Assembly: GCA_963845015.1 (NCBI GenBank)
Contig: CAWJRD010000008.1
Location: 3,993-67,992, forward strand
Direction: 5' to 3'
Length of the DNA stretch: 64,000 bases
From: an uncultured delta proteobacterium
GTDB taxonomy: Bacteria; Desulfobacterota; Desulfobacteria; Desulfobacterales; Desulfatirhabdiaceae
Part shown: piece after piece, positions 46,629 through 59,846 of the stretch
Layout of the letters: each line of letters begins with the position of its first letter
Numbering within the stretch: position 1 is the first letter of the stretch
Notes under the pieces: generated by a model
The model's database searches: none
What the model saw: the letters and a program-made list of their open reading frames with translations, nothing else
What the model was told of the DNA's origin: nothing
Program-made: the position numbers and the translations under genes

Positions 46629-47942
46629 TTGGTGGCGGGTTTCAGAATCTTTTTAAAATTCCCGAACTCAAAAAACGCGTATTTTTTACCCTCGGCCTGC
46701 TGATCGTCTACCGGATCGGGGTTCATGTGCCGGTTCCCGGAATTGATGCCGTGGCGCTTGCCAGTTTCTTTGCCAAGGCCAAGGGAACAATACTGGGTCT
46801 TTTTGACATGTTCTCCGGAGGCGCACTGGAACGATTGTCGGTGTTTGCGCTGGGAATCATGCCGTATATCAGCGCATCCATTATTCTTCAGCTCTTGACC
46901 GTCGTCGTTCCCCACCTGGAACGCCTGTCCAAGGAAGGCGAGCAGGGGCGGAAAAAGATCACCCAGTACACGCGATACGGTACGGTGGTCCTCAGCATTA
47001 TTCAGGGATTTGGTATCAGCGTTGGTTTGGAGAGCATGATGGCTCCCGGCGGTGCTCCGGTCGTCCTTGTTCCCGGCTGGGGGTTTCGCCTGCTGACCAT
47101 GATCACCCTGACTTCCGGAACCGCCTTTATCATGTGGCTGGGGGAGCAGATCACGGAAAGAGGAATCGGAAACGGTATTTCTCTGATCATTTTCTCCGGC
47201 ATCGTGGTTCGTGTCCCAAATGCGATCTCCAATACCTTCAGACTGGTGTCAACCGGCGAACTCAGTATCTTTCCCGTGCTGCTGTTGATCGTGCTGATGG
47301 TTGCCGTGGTCGGTTTTATCGTCTTTATTGAACAGGGTCAGCGGCGTATTCCGGTGCAATACGCCAAGCGGGTGATCGGCAGAAAGCTTTACGGAGGGCA
47401 AAGCACCCATCTGCCGCTCAAGATCAATACTTCCGGGGTGATTCCGCCCATATTCGCCTCATCCATCATCATGTTTCCGGCGACTCTGGCCAGCTTCATC
47501 AAGGTGGACTGGGTTCAGAACGTGGCCGCGGCCATAAAGCCCGGGAACTTTTCCTATGAACTGCTTTTTGTCGGGTTTATATTTTTCTTCTGCTATTTTT
47601 ATACGGCTGTTACGTTCAATCCGGTTGATGTTGCAGAGAACATGAAAAAGCACGGCGGGTTTATTCCCGGCATACGGCCGGGAAAAAGGACTGCCGATTA
47701 TATCGACCGGGTGTCTGACCCGCTTGACATTGGGCGGTGCTTCTTATGTGGCTGCCGTATGCGTTCTTCCTTCAATTCTTGTTTCAAATTTCAATGTTCC
47801 GTTTTATTTCGGCGGCACGGCATTGATGATTGTCGTCGGGGTGGCCATCGATACGATGTCGCAGATGGAATCCCACATGCTGACGCGTCATTATGAAGGA
47901 TTCCTGAAAAAGGGCGGCGGTCGACTAAAGGGAAGAACTTAA
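46625..47942 (+). CDS. secY: Preprotein translocase SecY, with a +1 junction near 47715.
   Basis: ATGA overlap with the upstream gene. [47 protein letters not shown], and the corrected tail [19 protein letters not shown]...[24 protein letters not shown]. Confidence 0.96.
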
Positions 47943-47969
47943 TTATTAGCGTTAGCGGAGTGAATGTGT

Positions 47970-48188
47970 ATGCCTAAGGAAGAAGCGATCAAAGTTGAAG
48001 GAAAGGTGCTTGAAACCCTTCCGAATGCCATGTTTAAAGTCGAGTTGGAGAATAAGCATCAGATACTCGCGCATATTTCCGGGAAAATGCGAATGCATTT
48101 CATCAAAATACTGCCTGGAGATAAAGTGACGGTCGAACTATCTCCCTATGACCTTACCCGGGGCAGAATCACTTACCGGTCCAAATAA
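47970..48188 (+). CDS. infA: Translation initiation factor IF-1.
   Basis: [70 protein letters not shown]. Confidence 0.97.
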   Translation: MPKEEAIKVEGKVLETLPNAMFKVELENKHQILAHISGKMRMHFIKILPGDKVTVELSPYDLTRGRITYRSK

Positions 48189-48271
48189 TTATTATCTCTG
48201 AGGCACTGGAAATAATCATAATTCTATGCTATGTTTAGGGGATAAGCCGCAGGGAACAGGAGCGAAAAATA

Positions 48272-48385
48272 ATGAAAGTACGGGCATCAATTAAAAAAAT
48301 ATGCAGCAAGTGTAAGATAATTCGTCGCAAGCAGGTTTTGCGCGTCATTTGTGAAAATAAGCGACACAAACAAAGGCAGGGATAG
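48272..48385 (+). CDS. rpmJ: 50S ribosomal protein L36 (Zn form).
   Basis: Not in the ORF track because it is only 37 aa. Product: [37 protein letters not shown]. Confidence 0.92.
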   Translation: MKVRASIKKICSKCKIIRRKQVLRVICENKRHKQRQG

Positions 48386-48399
48386 AGGAGGATTTAGCT

Positions 48400-48780
48400 T
48401 TGGCTAGAATTGCTGGTGTAGATTTACCGAAGCGTAAACGGATTGAAGTTGGGCTCACCTATATTTATGGTATCGGGCCGACCACATCAAAAAGCATCCT
48501 GAACAGGCTGAGCATTGACCCGGACACAAAAGTAGATCAGCTTTCAGACATAGATGTCAACAATATCCGTAAAATAATTGACAGCGATTTAAAAGTTGAG
48601 GGTGAACTCCGGACCCAGATATCCATGAGTATTAAAAGATTGATGGATTTAGGATGCTATCGCGGACTTCGTCATCGAAAATCGCTTCCGGTACGGGGTC
48701 AACGGACAAAGACCAACGCACGTACCCGTAAAGGACCTAAACGCGCTGCCGTCAAAAAGAAGGTTGCAGCTAAAAAATAG
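48400..48780 (+). CDS. rpsM: 30S ribosomal protein S13 (TTG start).
   Basis: [33 protein letters not shown]...[28 protein letters not shown]. Confidence 0.97.
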   Translation: MARIAGVDLPKRKRIEVGLTYIYGIGPTTSKSILNRLSIDPDTKVDQLSDIDVNNIRKIIDSDLKVEGELRTQISMSIKRLMDLGCYRGLRHRKSLPVRGQRTKTNARTRKGPKRAAVKKKVAAKK

Positions 48781-48809
48781 GGAACCATAGGAGACAGGGG
48801 CTTTAATCA

Positions 48810-49196
48810 ATGGCAAAAAGAACCCGCATCAAGAAAAAAGAAAAAAAGAATATATCCAGTGGCGTCGTTCATATTCAGTCCACTTTTAACAATACGATCA
48901 TTACGATTACCGATCCGGCCGGCAATGTTCTTTCATGGTCCAGCTCCGGCGTTCAGGGTTTCAAGGGTTCTCGAAAGAGTACGCCTTTTGCCGCGCAGCT
49001 TGCCGCCGAGGATGCCGTTAAAAAGGCACTGGAATATGGGATGAAGACTGTGGAAGTTTTTGTTAAGGGACCTGGCGCCGGACGTGAGTCCGCGCTGCGA
49101 TCTTTGCAGTCTGCTGGATTTAATATTGTTTCAATCAAGGATGTTACGCCCATTCCGCATAATGGCTGCCGACCACCCAAGAGGCGACGCGTTTAG
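48810..49196 (+). CDS. rpsK: 30S ribosomal protein S11.
   Basis: [46 protein letters not shown]. Confidence 0.97.
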   Translation: MAKRTRIKKKEKKNISSGVVHIQSTFNNTIITITDPAGNVLSWSSSGVQGFKGSRKSTPFAAQLAAEDAVKKALEYGMKTVEVFVKGPGAGRESALRSLQSAGFNIVSIKDVTPIPHNGCRPPKRRRV

Positions 49197-49247
49197 TTTT
49201 GTGCAATTTTGACCTTTTAGGGTCAACTGGATATAAAGGAGGATGAC

Positions 49248-49877
49248 TTGGCAAGATATATTGGTTCGGTATGCCGGCTATGCCGACGCGAAAATTTAAA
49301 ACTTTTTTTGAAAGGGGATCGATGCTATTCAGACAAATGCGCTTTCGATCGCCGCAGTTTTCCCCCTGGCCAGCATGGGCAGCGAAGAGGCAGAAAAGTC
49401 TCTGATTACGGTATCCAGCTTCGTGAAAAACAAAAAGTCAAGCGCATGTATGGACTTTCGGAAAAACAGTTTCATCTGTTTTTTGAAAGGGCCGAACATC
49501 AGAAGGGCATTACCGGATCGAATCTGCTGATCATGCTGGAAAGACGTCTGGATAATGTCATCTATCGGCTGGGTTTCACGAATTCCAGAACGCAGGGAAG
49601 GCATTTCGTCAGACATGCCCATTTTCTGGTCAATGGAAAACGCGTCGATATTCCCTCTTTTTTGATCAAGCCCGGGGATGTTATTGAACTTCGGGAGTCC
49701 AGTAAAGAGATCAAGGCAATCAGTGATTCTCTTGAGGCCGTAGTCAGAAGAGGCGTACCGCAGTGGCTGGAATTGAAAAAAGACTTGTTCACAGGCAATG
49801 TCAAAAGCCTGCCGGTCCGAGAGGACCTGACCATGCCGATTCAGGAACAGCTTATTGTCGAACTTTATTCAAAATAA
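49248..49877 (+). CDS. rpsD: 30S ribosomal protein S4 (TTG start, Cys4 form).
   Basis: [43 protein letters not shown]...[11 protein letters not shown]. Confidence 0.97.
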   Translation: MARYIGSVCRLCRRENLKLFLKGDRCYSDKCAFDRRSFPPGQHGQRRGRKVSDYGIQLREKQKVKRMYGLSEKQFHLFFERAEHQKGITGSNLLIMLERRLDNVIYRLGFTNSRTQGRHFVRHAHFLVNGKRVDIPSFLIKPGDVIELRESSKEIKAISDSLEAVVRRGVPQWLELKKDLFTGNVKSLPVREDLTMPIQEQLIVELYSK

Positions 49878-49962
49878 GCGTCCCGGAGTCTATCAACTGT
49901 CGTGCTATGCGCCAAAAAGACAATATCCGAAAATCCTCTGAAAACAGTCTGGAGAAATCATA

Positions 49963-50987
49963 ATGCCAACCAATGAACTTATGACAATCAACTGGCAGAA
50001 TTTGGTTATGCCGGAAAAGGTTCATGTTACGAGCTCGCCGGATTACGGTAAGTTTGTTTGCGAGCCTCTCGAAAGAGGATTTGGAATCACAATCGGGAAT
50101 ACGCTTCGGCGTATCTTGCTCTCTTCTTTGCATGGTGCTGCCATCGTATCGGTAAAATTTGAAGAGGTGATGCACGAATTCAGCGTTATTCCCGGTGTTC
50201 TGGAAGATGTATCCGAGATTATTCTGAATCTTAAATCCGTGCGGATCAAGGTCAGGGATGCCGGTCCCCATACGATTCGTATTGAGCGATCCGGAGAATG
50301 CACGGTTAAAGCCGGTGATATCATCAGTGATGATGGCCGTTGCGAAATTCTGAATCCGGACATGCACATCGCGACTTTATCCGAAAAAGCAACGCTGAAT
50401 ATGACCATGACCGTAAAGCTCGGAAAAGGCTATGCATTATCCGAAGCCAACAAGGATCCGAATGAGCCGGTCGGTACAATTCCGATTGACGCGGTGTTTT
50501 CGCCGATCAACAAAGTGGTTTATGTTGTCGGAAATGCCCGGGTCGCGCCAGCGAACCGACTATGACAAATTGACACTGGAAGTCTGGACGGATGGCAGCG
50601 TTCTTCCCGAGGATGCGGTATCTTACGCTGCCAAGATCATGAAGGAGCAATTGACCAAATTCGTCAATTTTGATGAGCTCATGATTCCAGAAGCCGACGG
50701 ACGCGGTCCAGGATACCTGACAAATCAGCCGTTTAACGAAAATCTGCTTAGAAGTGTCGAAGAACTCGAGCTTTCCGTTCGCAGCGCCAATTGTTTGAAA
50801 AATGCCGATATCTTTAAAATTTATCAGCTTGTCAGTAAAACTGAAGCGTGAAATGCTGAAGACAAAAAACTTTGGCCGCAAATCGTTAAATGAAATCAAA
50901 GCGGTTCTGGGTGAAATGAAACTATCTCTGGGGATGAAGCTGGATGGTTTTAATCCTCCTGAGGATGATATACAGCAAGGAGAGTAA
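49963..50987 (+). CDS. rpoA: DNA-directed RNA polymerase alpha subunit, with two +1 junctions near 50545 and 50849.
   Basis: [33 protein letters not shown], then [18 protein letters not shown]...[17 protein letters not shown], then [19 protein letters not shown]. Confidence 0.96.
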
Positions 50988-50995
50988 ACAGGGCT

Positions 50996-51524
50996 ATGAG
51001 ACATGGAAAAGCCGGATTAAAATTAGGACGTATCAAGCAGCCATCGTAAGGCGATGTTCAGAAATATGGTCACTTCCTTGTTCAAGTATGATCGTATTAC
51101 GACAACGGATGTTAAAGCAAAAGAACTGAAACGATGGGCCGATGATCTGATCACGCTGGCAAAACGTGGTGATCTTCATGCCCAGCGTCAGGCACTTGCG
51201 ATCATCACTGAAAAAGAAGTCGCCTATAAACTGTTTAATGAGGCGGCCGATCGCTATGGCGATATTCATGGCGGTTATACGATCATCGCAAAAATCGGAA
51301 ACCGTCCGGGCGATGCTGCGCCGATTTCCATTATCGAGCTGGTTGCCAGAGAAAAAAGCAAGCCCCTTCAGCCGCGCTCCCGAAAAGCCGCCAAAACTGC
51401 TGAAACCAAAAAGAAAGTGGAAAAACCAAAAGAGGCGGCCGTGAGAAACCAGCACCTGCTGCTTCGGAGCCGCAAACCGAAAACGCATGAAAAACCGCCA
51501 TGCTTTGCACTGAAGATTAAATAA
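50996..51524 (+). CDS. rplQ: 50S ribosomal protein L17, with a +1 junction near 51035-51050. The Lys/Ala-rich C-terminal tail is of uncertain frame, so the end may instead be about 51487.
   Basis: ATG 50996 gives [12 protein letters not shown], followed by [50 protein letters not shown]. Confidence 0.9.
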
Positions 51525-51556
51525 TACTTTCTTTACTGATTATATTTCCTAAAAAA

Positions 51557-51592
51557 GGGTTCCTGGCACTCGATGCTCGGAGCCCTTTTTTT
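51557..51592 (+). terminator. Rho-independent terminator ending the alpha operon.
   Basis: gggttcc (51557-63) pairs with ggagccc (51579-85), with one G-U, followed by T7 (51586-92). Confidence 0.65.
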
Positions 51593-51674
51593 ATTGCATC
51601 TTTTGATCCGGAAATCATCTTGACTCATCCCCTGCGACGTGCGAAAACGTCATAATCTTTGATTGCAACAGCGT

Positions 51675-53445
<1,771 letters not shown>

Positions 53446-53449
<4 letters not shown>

Positions 53450-56139
53450 CTATCCGTAATCTTGATTGCATGTTCAACCCTTCTTCCGTCGCCCTGGTGG
53501 GCGCGAGTCAAAAACCGGGCTCCATCGGTGCCGTCCTGGCGCGTAATCTGGTGAGCGCCGGCTTTAAAGGTGACATTTTTTTCGTTAACCCGAAGTACAA
53601 AATCATCGAAGGGCTTCCCGCCTATCCGGATCTGGACAGTTTGCCAAAAACGCCGGATCTTGCCGTGATCGCCACGCCGCCGGATACCGTCCCCCGACTG
53701 ATTGAAAAACTCGGCATCAGGGGCACCCGGTCGGCCGTGGTGATAACGGCCGGATTCCGCGAAGGCGGCACCGACGAAGGACAACGGCTGTGCGCCCAAA
53801 TGCTCGACTCGGCCCGTCCCCACCTGATGCGCATCTTGGGCCCCAACTGCATGGGGATCATGGTGCCCGGGGCGGGCCTTAATGCGAGTTTCGGGCATAT
53901 ACAACCCCTCAAGGGGAATATCGCGTTTGTCGCCCAGTCGGGCGCGGTTCAGACTACCGTACTCGACTGGGCCACGTCGAAGGGAATCGGGTTTTCACAT
54001 TTCGTATCCGTGGGCAACATGTCGGATGTCGATTTCGGCGACATGCTCGATTATCTGGCCACCGATTCCAATGCCAAGGCGATACTGCTCTACATCGAGA
54101 ACGTCACCCATGCCCGAAAGTTCATGTCCGCGGCCCGGGCGGCCGCCCGGATGAAACCTGTGGTCGTGGTCAAGGCAGGCCGCCACTCCGAGGGCGCCCG
54201 GGCCGCCGCTTCCCATACCGGCGCATTGGCCGGCGCCGATGAAGTATACAACGCCGCCTTTCAGCGGGCCGGAATGCTGCGGGTGATGGACATGCAGGCG
54301 CTCTTCGATGCCGTGGAAACCCTGGCCATGTCCCATCCGTTTCCGGGAGATCGTCTGGCCATTTTGACCAATGGCGGCGGTATGGGCGTTCTGGCCACCG
54401 ATGTTCTGATCGATAAAAAGGGGCGGCTGGCCGATCTGTCTCCTGAAACCATAGCCCGCCTGAACAGCGTGCTCCCGCGCACGTGGTCGCACAATAACCC
54501 GGTGGACATCATCGGCGATGCACCGCAGGGCCGCTATGTCGATGCGTTAAAGGCGCTCCTTGATGATGAGGGGGTGGATGCCCTGCTTGTTTTAAACTGC
54601 CCCACGGCCGTGGCCTCGAGCACGGAGGTCGCACGGGCGGTTGTCGACACGCTGAAAGAAAGCGGTTCAAAGGCGAGCTCCCGGGGCATTTTCACGAGCT
54701 GGCTGGGGATGGATTCCGCCCGCGAGGCCCGCAGGATATTTACTGAAAACAGGATTCCGACCTATGAAACACCGGACGAAGCGATTCGCGGATTCATGCA
54801 GATGGTGCGCTACCGCCGCAGCCAGGAAATGCTCATGGAGACGCCCCCCAACATCCCGGAAGTCTTCGAGCCGGAAACGGAGAAGGCCCGCGGGATTGTG
54901 AACAAGGCTCTGTCTCAAGGCCGTACATGGCTTACCGAGACCGAGGCAAAAGCCGTTCTGGCCGCTTACAAAATTCCCGTGGTCCGGACATACGAAGCGG
55001 CGACACCCGAACAGGCGGGAGAGATCGCCGCCGGGCTGGGTGAATCGGTGGCGTTAAAGATTCTGTCCCCGGATATTACCCACAAGTCTGACGTGGGGGG
55101 AGTGGCATTGAATCTTGCCTCCGAAGAATCGGTGAAAAAAACCGCTCGGCTCATGCAGGAACGCATCCGCGAGAGACTGCCAGGGGTGATGATGTCGGGA
55201 TTTACGGTACAGCCGATGGTGCACCGCCCCAACGCCAGGGAACTGATTGTCGGGGCGACTGATGATGTGCAGTTCGGTCCGGTGATTCTGTTCGGCCAGG
55301 GCGGTACGGCCGTTGAGGTGATTCAGGATAAGGCCATTGCCCTGCCGCCGCTTAACATGAAGCTTGCCCGGGAAGTAATGAGCCGCACGCGCGTATACCG
55401 CCTGCTTGAAGGTTACCGTGACAGGCCGGCCGCGGATCTGGACAGCATTGCGCTGACCCTGGTCAAGGTGTCGCAACTGATCTGCGATATCGCGGATATC
55501 GCCGAAATGGATATCAATCCGCTGCTTGCCGATGAACAGGGAGTGATGGCACTGGACGCACGCATCAAGGTGGTCAAATCGCTTCTGCCTGCCGCGCAGC
55601 GCCTGGCGATTTGTCCTTACCCCAAGGAGCTTGAGGAGACGCTTACGCTTTCCGATGGCCAAACGCTGCTGCTTCGCCCCATACGGCCGGAGGACGAACC
55701 GGCGCTTCATGCGCTTTTCTCCAGACTCTCCATGGACGAGATCCGCCTGCGATTTCTGCATCCCATGAAAGTGTTGCCCCATAACATGGCTGCGCGTTTG
55801 ACCCAGATAGACTATGATCGGGAGATGGCGCTGGTCCTTTGCGAGCCGACCGCTCAAAAAGAACCGGAGCTGTATGGCGTGGTGCGGTTTGCGGCGGATC
55901 CGGACAACGCACGCGCGGAATTCGCCATCCTCATTCGCCGCGACATGACCGGCATGGGCCTGGGCCCGATGCTCATGCGCCGCATCATCGATTATGCCAG
56001 GAACCGGGGTATCGGGGAGCTTTTCGGGGAAGTGCTGGCCGAGAATAGGCCCATGCTGAGGATCTGCGAGGCTTTCGGATTTAAAAAAAGACGCGATCCG
56101 GAAGACCCCGGCGTGATGATCGTTTCGTTGGCGCTGTGA
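53446..56139 (+). CDS. pat: Pat/Pka-type protein lysine acetyltransferase, made of an NDP-forming acyl-CoA-synthetase-like body plus a C-terminal GNAT domain. It is intact at 897 aa.
   Basis: ATGA overlap with acs. [39 protein letters not shown], an ATP-grasp part ([19 protein letters not shown]), and a GNAT tail ([32 protein letters not shown]). Confidence 0.85.
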
Positions 56140-56163
56140 GGGCCGCGGGTGATTCGAGAAGGG

Positions 56164-56415
56164 CTATGGGCTGCATTTCGATTTCAAATATGCGATGCAG
56201 CCCTTTAGCGTTGCAAGCTGCGGGTAGTCTTCCTCGGGAATTTCCACTTTAAGCTGCGTCTGAAGCGCAACAGCGAAGTTCATGAAATCGACTGAATCGA
56301 AATCGAACTGGTTTCGCAACCGATCGGCGGGATCGAGATTCTCGATATCCGCTTCCGGCGCAATCTTGCCGATAAGCTCCAGGGCCACTTTTTTGATTTG
56401 ATCTTCGGTCAGCAT
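56164..56415 (-). CDS. Acyl-carrier-protein-like (phosphopantetheine-binding) protein.
   Basis: An 83-aa product with FDFDSVDFMNF (DSx motif) in the expected position of a 4-helix ACP. Confidence 0.6.
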   Translation of the reverse strand: MLTEDQIKKVALELIGKIAPEADIENLDPADRLRNQFDFDSVDFMNFAVALQTQLKVEIPEEDYPQLATLKGCIAYLKSKCSP

Positions 56416-56571
56416 TTATCGCACTTTCGGTTTGAGTTTTATTGTTCTTGTAATGATATCTCTTAAAACCATCAAACCAGTCAATAAAAAAGTTGAAACA
56501 CTGCCTGATGGTTTCGATAAAATCCGGGACATCGTCATTCCGGCGAAAGCCGGAGGCTGCTGTAATTGCTT

Positions 56572-56599
56572 TTGACAATCAACAATCATTTATTATACA
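56572..56599 (+). promoter_or_regulatory. Sigma70-like promoter candidate for the CoA-transferase operon.
   Basis: TTGACA (56572-77), a 16-nt spacer, then TATACA (56594-99), in the divergent 300-bp intergenic region. Confidence 0.25.
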
Positions 56600-56716
56600 G
56601 TTAAATCAATGTCTGAATAACCTGAATATCATGAATGGCTTGACAGTACCCTGACGCTGTGCTTTATTCCCTATAGCCTCAACATGCTTACTTTTCTTTG
56701 AAGAGGATTCCCATAG

Positions 56717-57595
56717 GTGACAATTTCGAAATTGATGAACATGGCGGAAGCCATATCGCAATGGGTGGCGGATGGATCTTCCGTGGCGATGGGCACGACC
56801 CTGGAAACCGCCATCCCTTTTGCTGCCGGGCATGAGATCATGCGCCAGGGAAAGAAGCATCTGACCCTGATCGGGCCCATATCCGATATCCTGTTCGATC
56901 AGATAATCGGGGCCGGTTGCGTGCAGCGGGTCCGGGCCGCGTGGGTGGGAAATGTGATCACCGGCGTGGGGTATAATTTTCGCCGGGCCGTGGAACAGCA
57001 ACAGATCGATGTCGAGGATCATTCGAATCTGACCATTTCGATGGCCCTTCAGGCCGGGGCCATGGGCGTGTCTTTCCTGCCGACCCGAACAGCCCTCGGC
57101 AGCGATCTGTTTGCGAACAATCCGGCACTGAAGACCGTTACATGCCCGTTTACCGGCCAAACACACGCCGCGGTCGCGGCCATTGTTCCGGATGTCGCCA
57201 TTGTCCATGTTCAAAGATCGGATGCCTTCGGCAATGCCCATGCCTGGGGCAATATGGGCATCACCCGCGAGGCCTGCATGGCAAGCCGGCATGTGATCAT
57301 CACCGCCGAAGAAATCGTATCCACCGAGATGATCACCCGTGACCCCAATCGCATTCTGACGCCCGGATTCAAGGTCCGCGCCGTCGTCCACGCGCCCTGG
57401 GGAGCGCATCCTTCCCCGATGCCGGGATGTTATAACCGGGATCATGCCGTTTTTCTGGACTACCAGGCAAAGAGCCGCACTCCGGAATTGTTCGCGGCCT
57501 GGACGGACAAGTGGATTCGCGCCGTTTCTTCGATTCATCAGTATGTCGAGATGATCGGGGATGCATGTCACACGCCTGTCGATAACCCATCATGA
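56717..57595 (+). CDS. CoA-transferase subunit A (family I, glutaconate/3-oxoacid type).
   Basis: Starts at GTG. KLMNMAEAISQWVADGSSVAMG, IDVEDHSNLTISMALQAGAMGVSFLPTR, AIVHVQRSDAFGNAH. Confidence 0.8.
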   Translation: MTISKLMNMAEAISQWVADGSSVAMGTTLETAIPFAAGHEIMRQGKKHLTLIGPISDILFDQIIGAGCVQRVRAAWVGNVITGVGYNFRRAVEQQQIDVEDHSNLTISMALQAGAMGVSFLPTRTALGSDLFANNPALKTVTCPFTGQTHAAVAAIVPDVAIVHVQRSDAFGNAHAWGNMGITREACMASRHVIITAEEIVSTEMITRDPNRILTPGFKVRAVVHAPWGAHPSPMPGCYNRDHAVFLDYQAKSRTPELFAAWTDKWIRAVSSIHQYVEMIGDACHTPVDNPS

Positions 57596-58389
57596 TATTT
57601 CGGAGCCGGTTGATTATGGATACTGATCCGGTTTACACACAATCCGAGCTGATGGTCGCCGCGGCGTCCCGGGAAATTGCCGATGGCGAGGTTGTTTTTG
57701 TCGGCATGCGGCTGCCGCTTCTGGGCTTTCTGGTGGCCAAAAGCCTCCAGGCCCCGAATGCCGTCGGCGTTTACGAACTGGGGATCATCCGCGATACGGT
57801 GGCTCCGGAACCCATATTGACGATGGGGGACCTGCCGAACCTCTACCGGTCCCAGTGGCTGGCCGATACCCGGGATACGATGTCGCTGCTCCAGCAGGGG
57901 CTCGTGGATGTCAGTTTCATCGGCGGCGCGCAGGTGGACATGTTCGGAAACCTGAACACCACGCTCACCGGCAGTGCCGGAGCCATCGCCACCCGGCTTC
58001 CGGGAAGCGGGGGGGCCTGCGACCTGGCCTGCCTGGCGCACCGTCACATCATCATCATGTCCCACGAGAAGCGCCGGTTTGTACCCAGGGTGGATTATAT
58101 CACCTCTCCCGGGTATGGAGACGGCAAGGGCTGGCGCGAGTCGGTCGGTCTGGTTCGCGGCGGTCCATCGGCAGTCATCACCACGCTGGGGATTTTTTCT
58201 TTTGACCCGCAGACCTGTGAAATGGTGTTGACTTCGGTGCATCCCGGCGTCACGGTTGAAACGATAAAAGAAAAAACCGGCTGGCCGGTCCGCATTTCCG
58301 CCGGGCTGTCCCGGACGCCGCCGCCGACATTGCAGGAACTTTCCGCGCTGCGCCGGTTCGACCCGGACCGGTATTGGACAGGTAAATAA
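57592..58389 (+). CDS. CoA-transferase subunit B.
   Basis: ATGA overlap with the upstream gene. ELMVAAASREIADGEVVFVGMRLP, FIGGAQVDMFGNLN, RLPGSGGACD, VITTLGIFSFDPQTCEMVLTSVHPG. Confidence 0.8.
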   Translation: MIFRSRLIMDTDPVYTQSELMVAAASREIADGEVVFVGMRLPLLGFLVAKSLQAPNAVGVYELGIIRDTVAPEPILTMGDLPNLYRSQWLADTRDTMSLLQQGLVDVSFIGGAQVDMFGNLNTTLTGSAGAIATRLPGSGGACDLACLAHRHIIIMSHEKRRFVPRVDYITSPGYGDGKGWRESVGLVRGGPSAVITTLGIFSFDPQTCEMVLTSVHPGVTVETIKEKTGWPVRISAGLSRTPPPTLQELSALRRFDPDRYWTGK

Positions 58390-58391
58390 AC

Positions 58392-59684
58392 ATGCAAATG
58401 ACCCCTGACCCTGAAATCAAAAGGTATCGCTGGATCATCTTCTGGGTTCTGGCCTTTGGCTACATTCTGGTGTATTTTCACAGACTCTGTCCGGCCGTGG
58501 TTGCCGTGGATATGATGAAAGACCTTCAGACCGGAGGCGGCCTGACCGGTTTTTTGTCCGCCGCTTATTTTTACTCCTATGCGGCCATGCAGCTTCCCGC
58601 GGGGCTCCTTTCCGATTCATGGGGCCCCCGCAACACGATCACGGTGTTTTTTCTGGTGGCGTTTGTCGGCTCCGTACTGCTGGGATTTGCCTCCTCCGCG
58701 GCAATGGCCATTGCCGGAAGGCTCCTGGTCGGCGTCGGGGTGGCCATGCTCTTTGTGCCGACCTTGAAAATCCTGTCCGAATGGTTCACGCCCGTCGAGT
58801 TTGCGCCCATGAGCGGGATTCTGATGGCCATGGGGGGCATCGGGTCCCTGTCGGCCACAACCCCCCTGGTGCTGCTTTCCGGCGCGATCGGCTGGCGGAT
58901 GTCCTTCGTGGCCGTGGGCGTGCTCACCCTGGTTCTGTCCCTGCTGGTCTGGATATTTGTACGGGACTGCCCCGAGGACATGGGCTGGGTGTCCCTGAAT
59001 GCCTCCGCCAAGGCAGCGGCCCCTGCCATCACCCTGATGGCAGGCTTCCGCACGGTCGTTTCCTGCCCGCATTTCTGGCCCCTGGCCATCTGGTTTTTTT
59101 TCGACTGCGCCATTTTTTTTACTTTCGGCGGGCTCTGGGGCGGGCCGTACTTCATGCACATTTACCATTTGTCCAAAGCCCAGTCCGGCTATATCCTTTC
59201 GATGCTGGCGATCGGCCTTGTCATCGGCAGCCCGCTTCTCAGCTTTCTGTCCAACCGGGTATTTCACGCCCGTAAGCCCGTGCTTCTCATTTCATCATGC
59301 ATTGTACTGGCGATTACCGCAATACTCTCCTTTAACGTCGATCGCATCCCCGTTTATGGATTGTATCTGATATGCCTGGGATTGGGGATGTTTGCCAGCG
59401 CCATCGTGGTCATCGGATTCACTTCGGCCAAGGAGCTGTTTCCGGTACAGATCGCCGGAACCGCCACCGGTCTGGTCAACCTGTTTCCGTTTGCCGGCGG
59501 GGCCGTATTCCAGCCGTTTACCGGCTATTTGCTGGAGAGATCGGGAAGTGTGAACGGGGCTTTTACCCTGGCCGGATATCAGCAGATGTTCAATGCGCTG
59601 CTGATCAGCGCCGCCATTGCGATGCTGGCCTGCTGCTTTATCAAGGAGACTTTCCCAGCCCCTGCAAGATCTTCCGTGCCCTGA
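58392..59684 (+). CDS. MFS transporter (430 aa, intact).
   Basis: A 12-TM pattern, with the MFS loop motif GLLSDSWGPRNT and AGRLLVGVGVA. Confidence 0.8.
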   Translation: MQMTPDPEIKRYRWIIFWVLAFGYILVYFHRLCPAVVAVDMMKDLQTGGGLTGFLSAAYFYSYAAMQLPAGLLSDSWGPRNTITVFFLVAFVGSVLLGFASSAAMAIAGRLLVGVGVAMLFVPTLKILSEWFTPVEFAPMSGILMAMGGIGSLSATTPLVLLSGAIGWRMSFVAVGVLTLVLSLLVWIFVRDCPEDMGWVSLNASAKAAAPAITLMAGFRTVVSCPHFWPLAIWFFFDCAIFFTFGGLWGGPYFMHIYHLSKAQSGYILSMLAIGLVIGSPLLSFLSNRVFHARKPVLLISSCIVLAITAILSFNVDRIPVYGLYLICLGLGMFASAIVVIGFTSAKELFPVQIAGTATGLVNLFPFAGGAVFQPFTGYLLERSGSVNGAFTLAGYQQMFNALLISAAIAMLACCFIKETFPAPARSSVP

Positions 59685-59846
59685 TCCGGGTCTGTGAGCT
59701 GGCGCGTCGGTTTTCGTTTAATTTTGGATCCGGGGAAATTATGCTTGACAAAGAAAATAATAGCTGCAATATAGCTTATAAATATTCTTTGGCGAATGAA
59801 TCAAATTTATTAACTTAGGATCAGATAAACATCAAAGGAGGCAAGC

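Noticed and set aside
51564-51580. TGGCAC in ctggcactcgatgctc as a second sigma54 promoter.
   Set aside because: The GC of the -12 element would be 10 nt rather than 12 nt from the GG. The motif also lies inside the stem-loop of the rplQ terminator.
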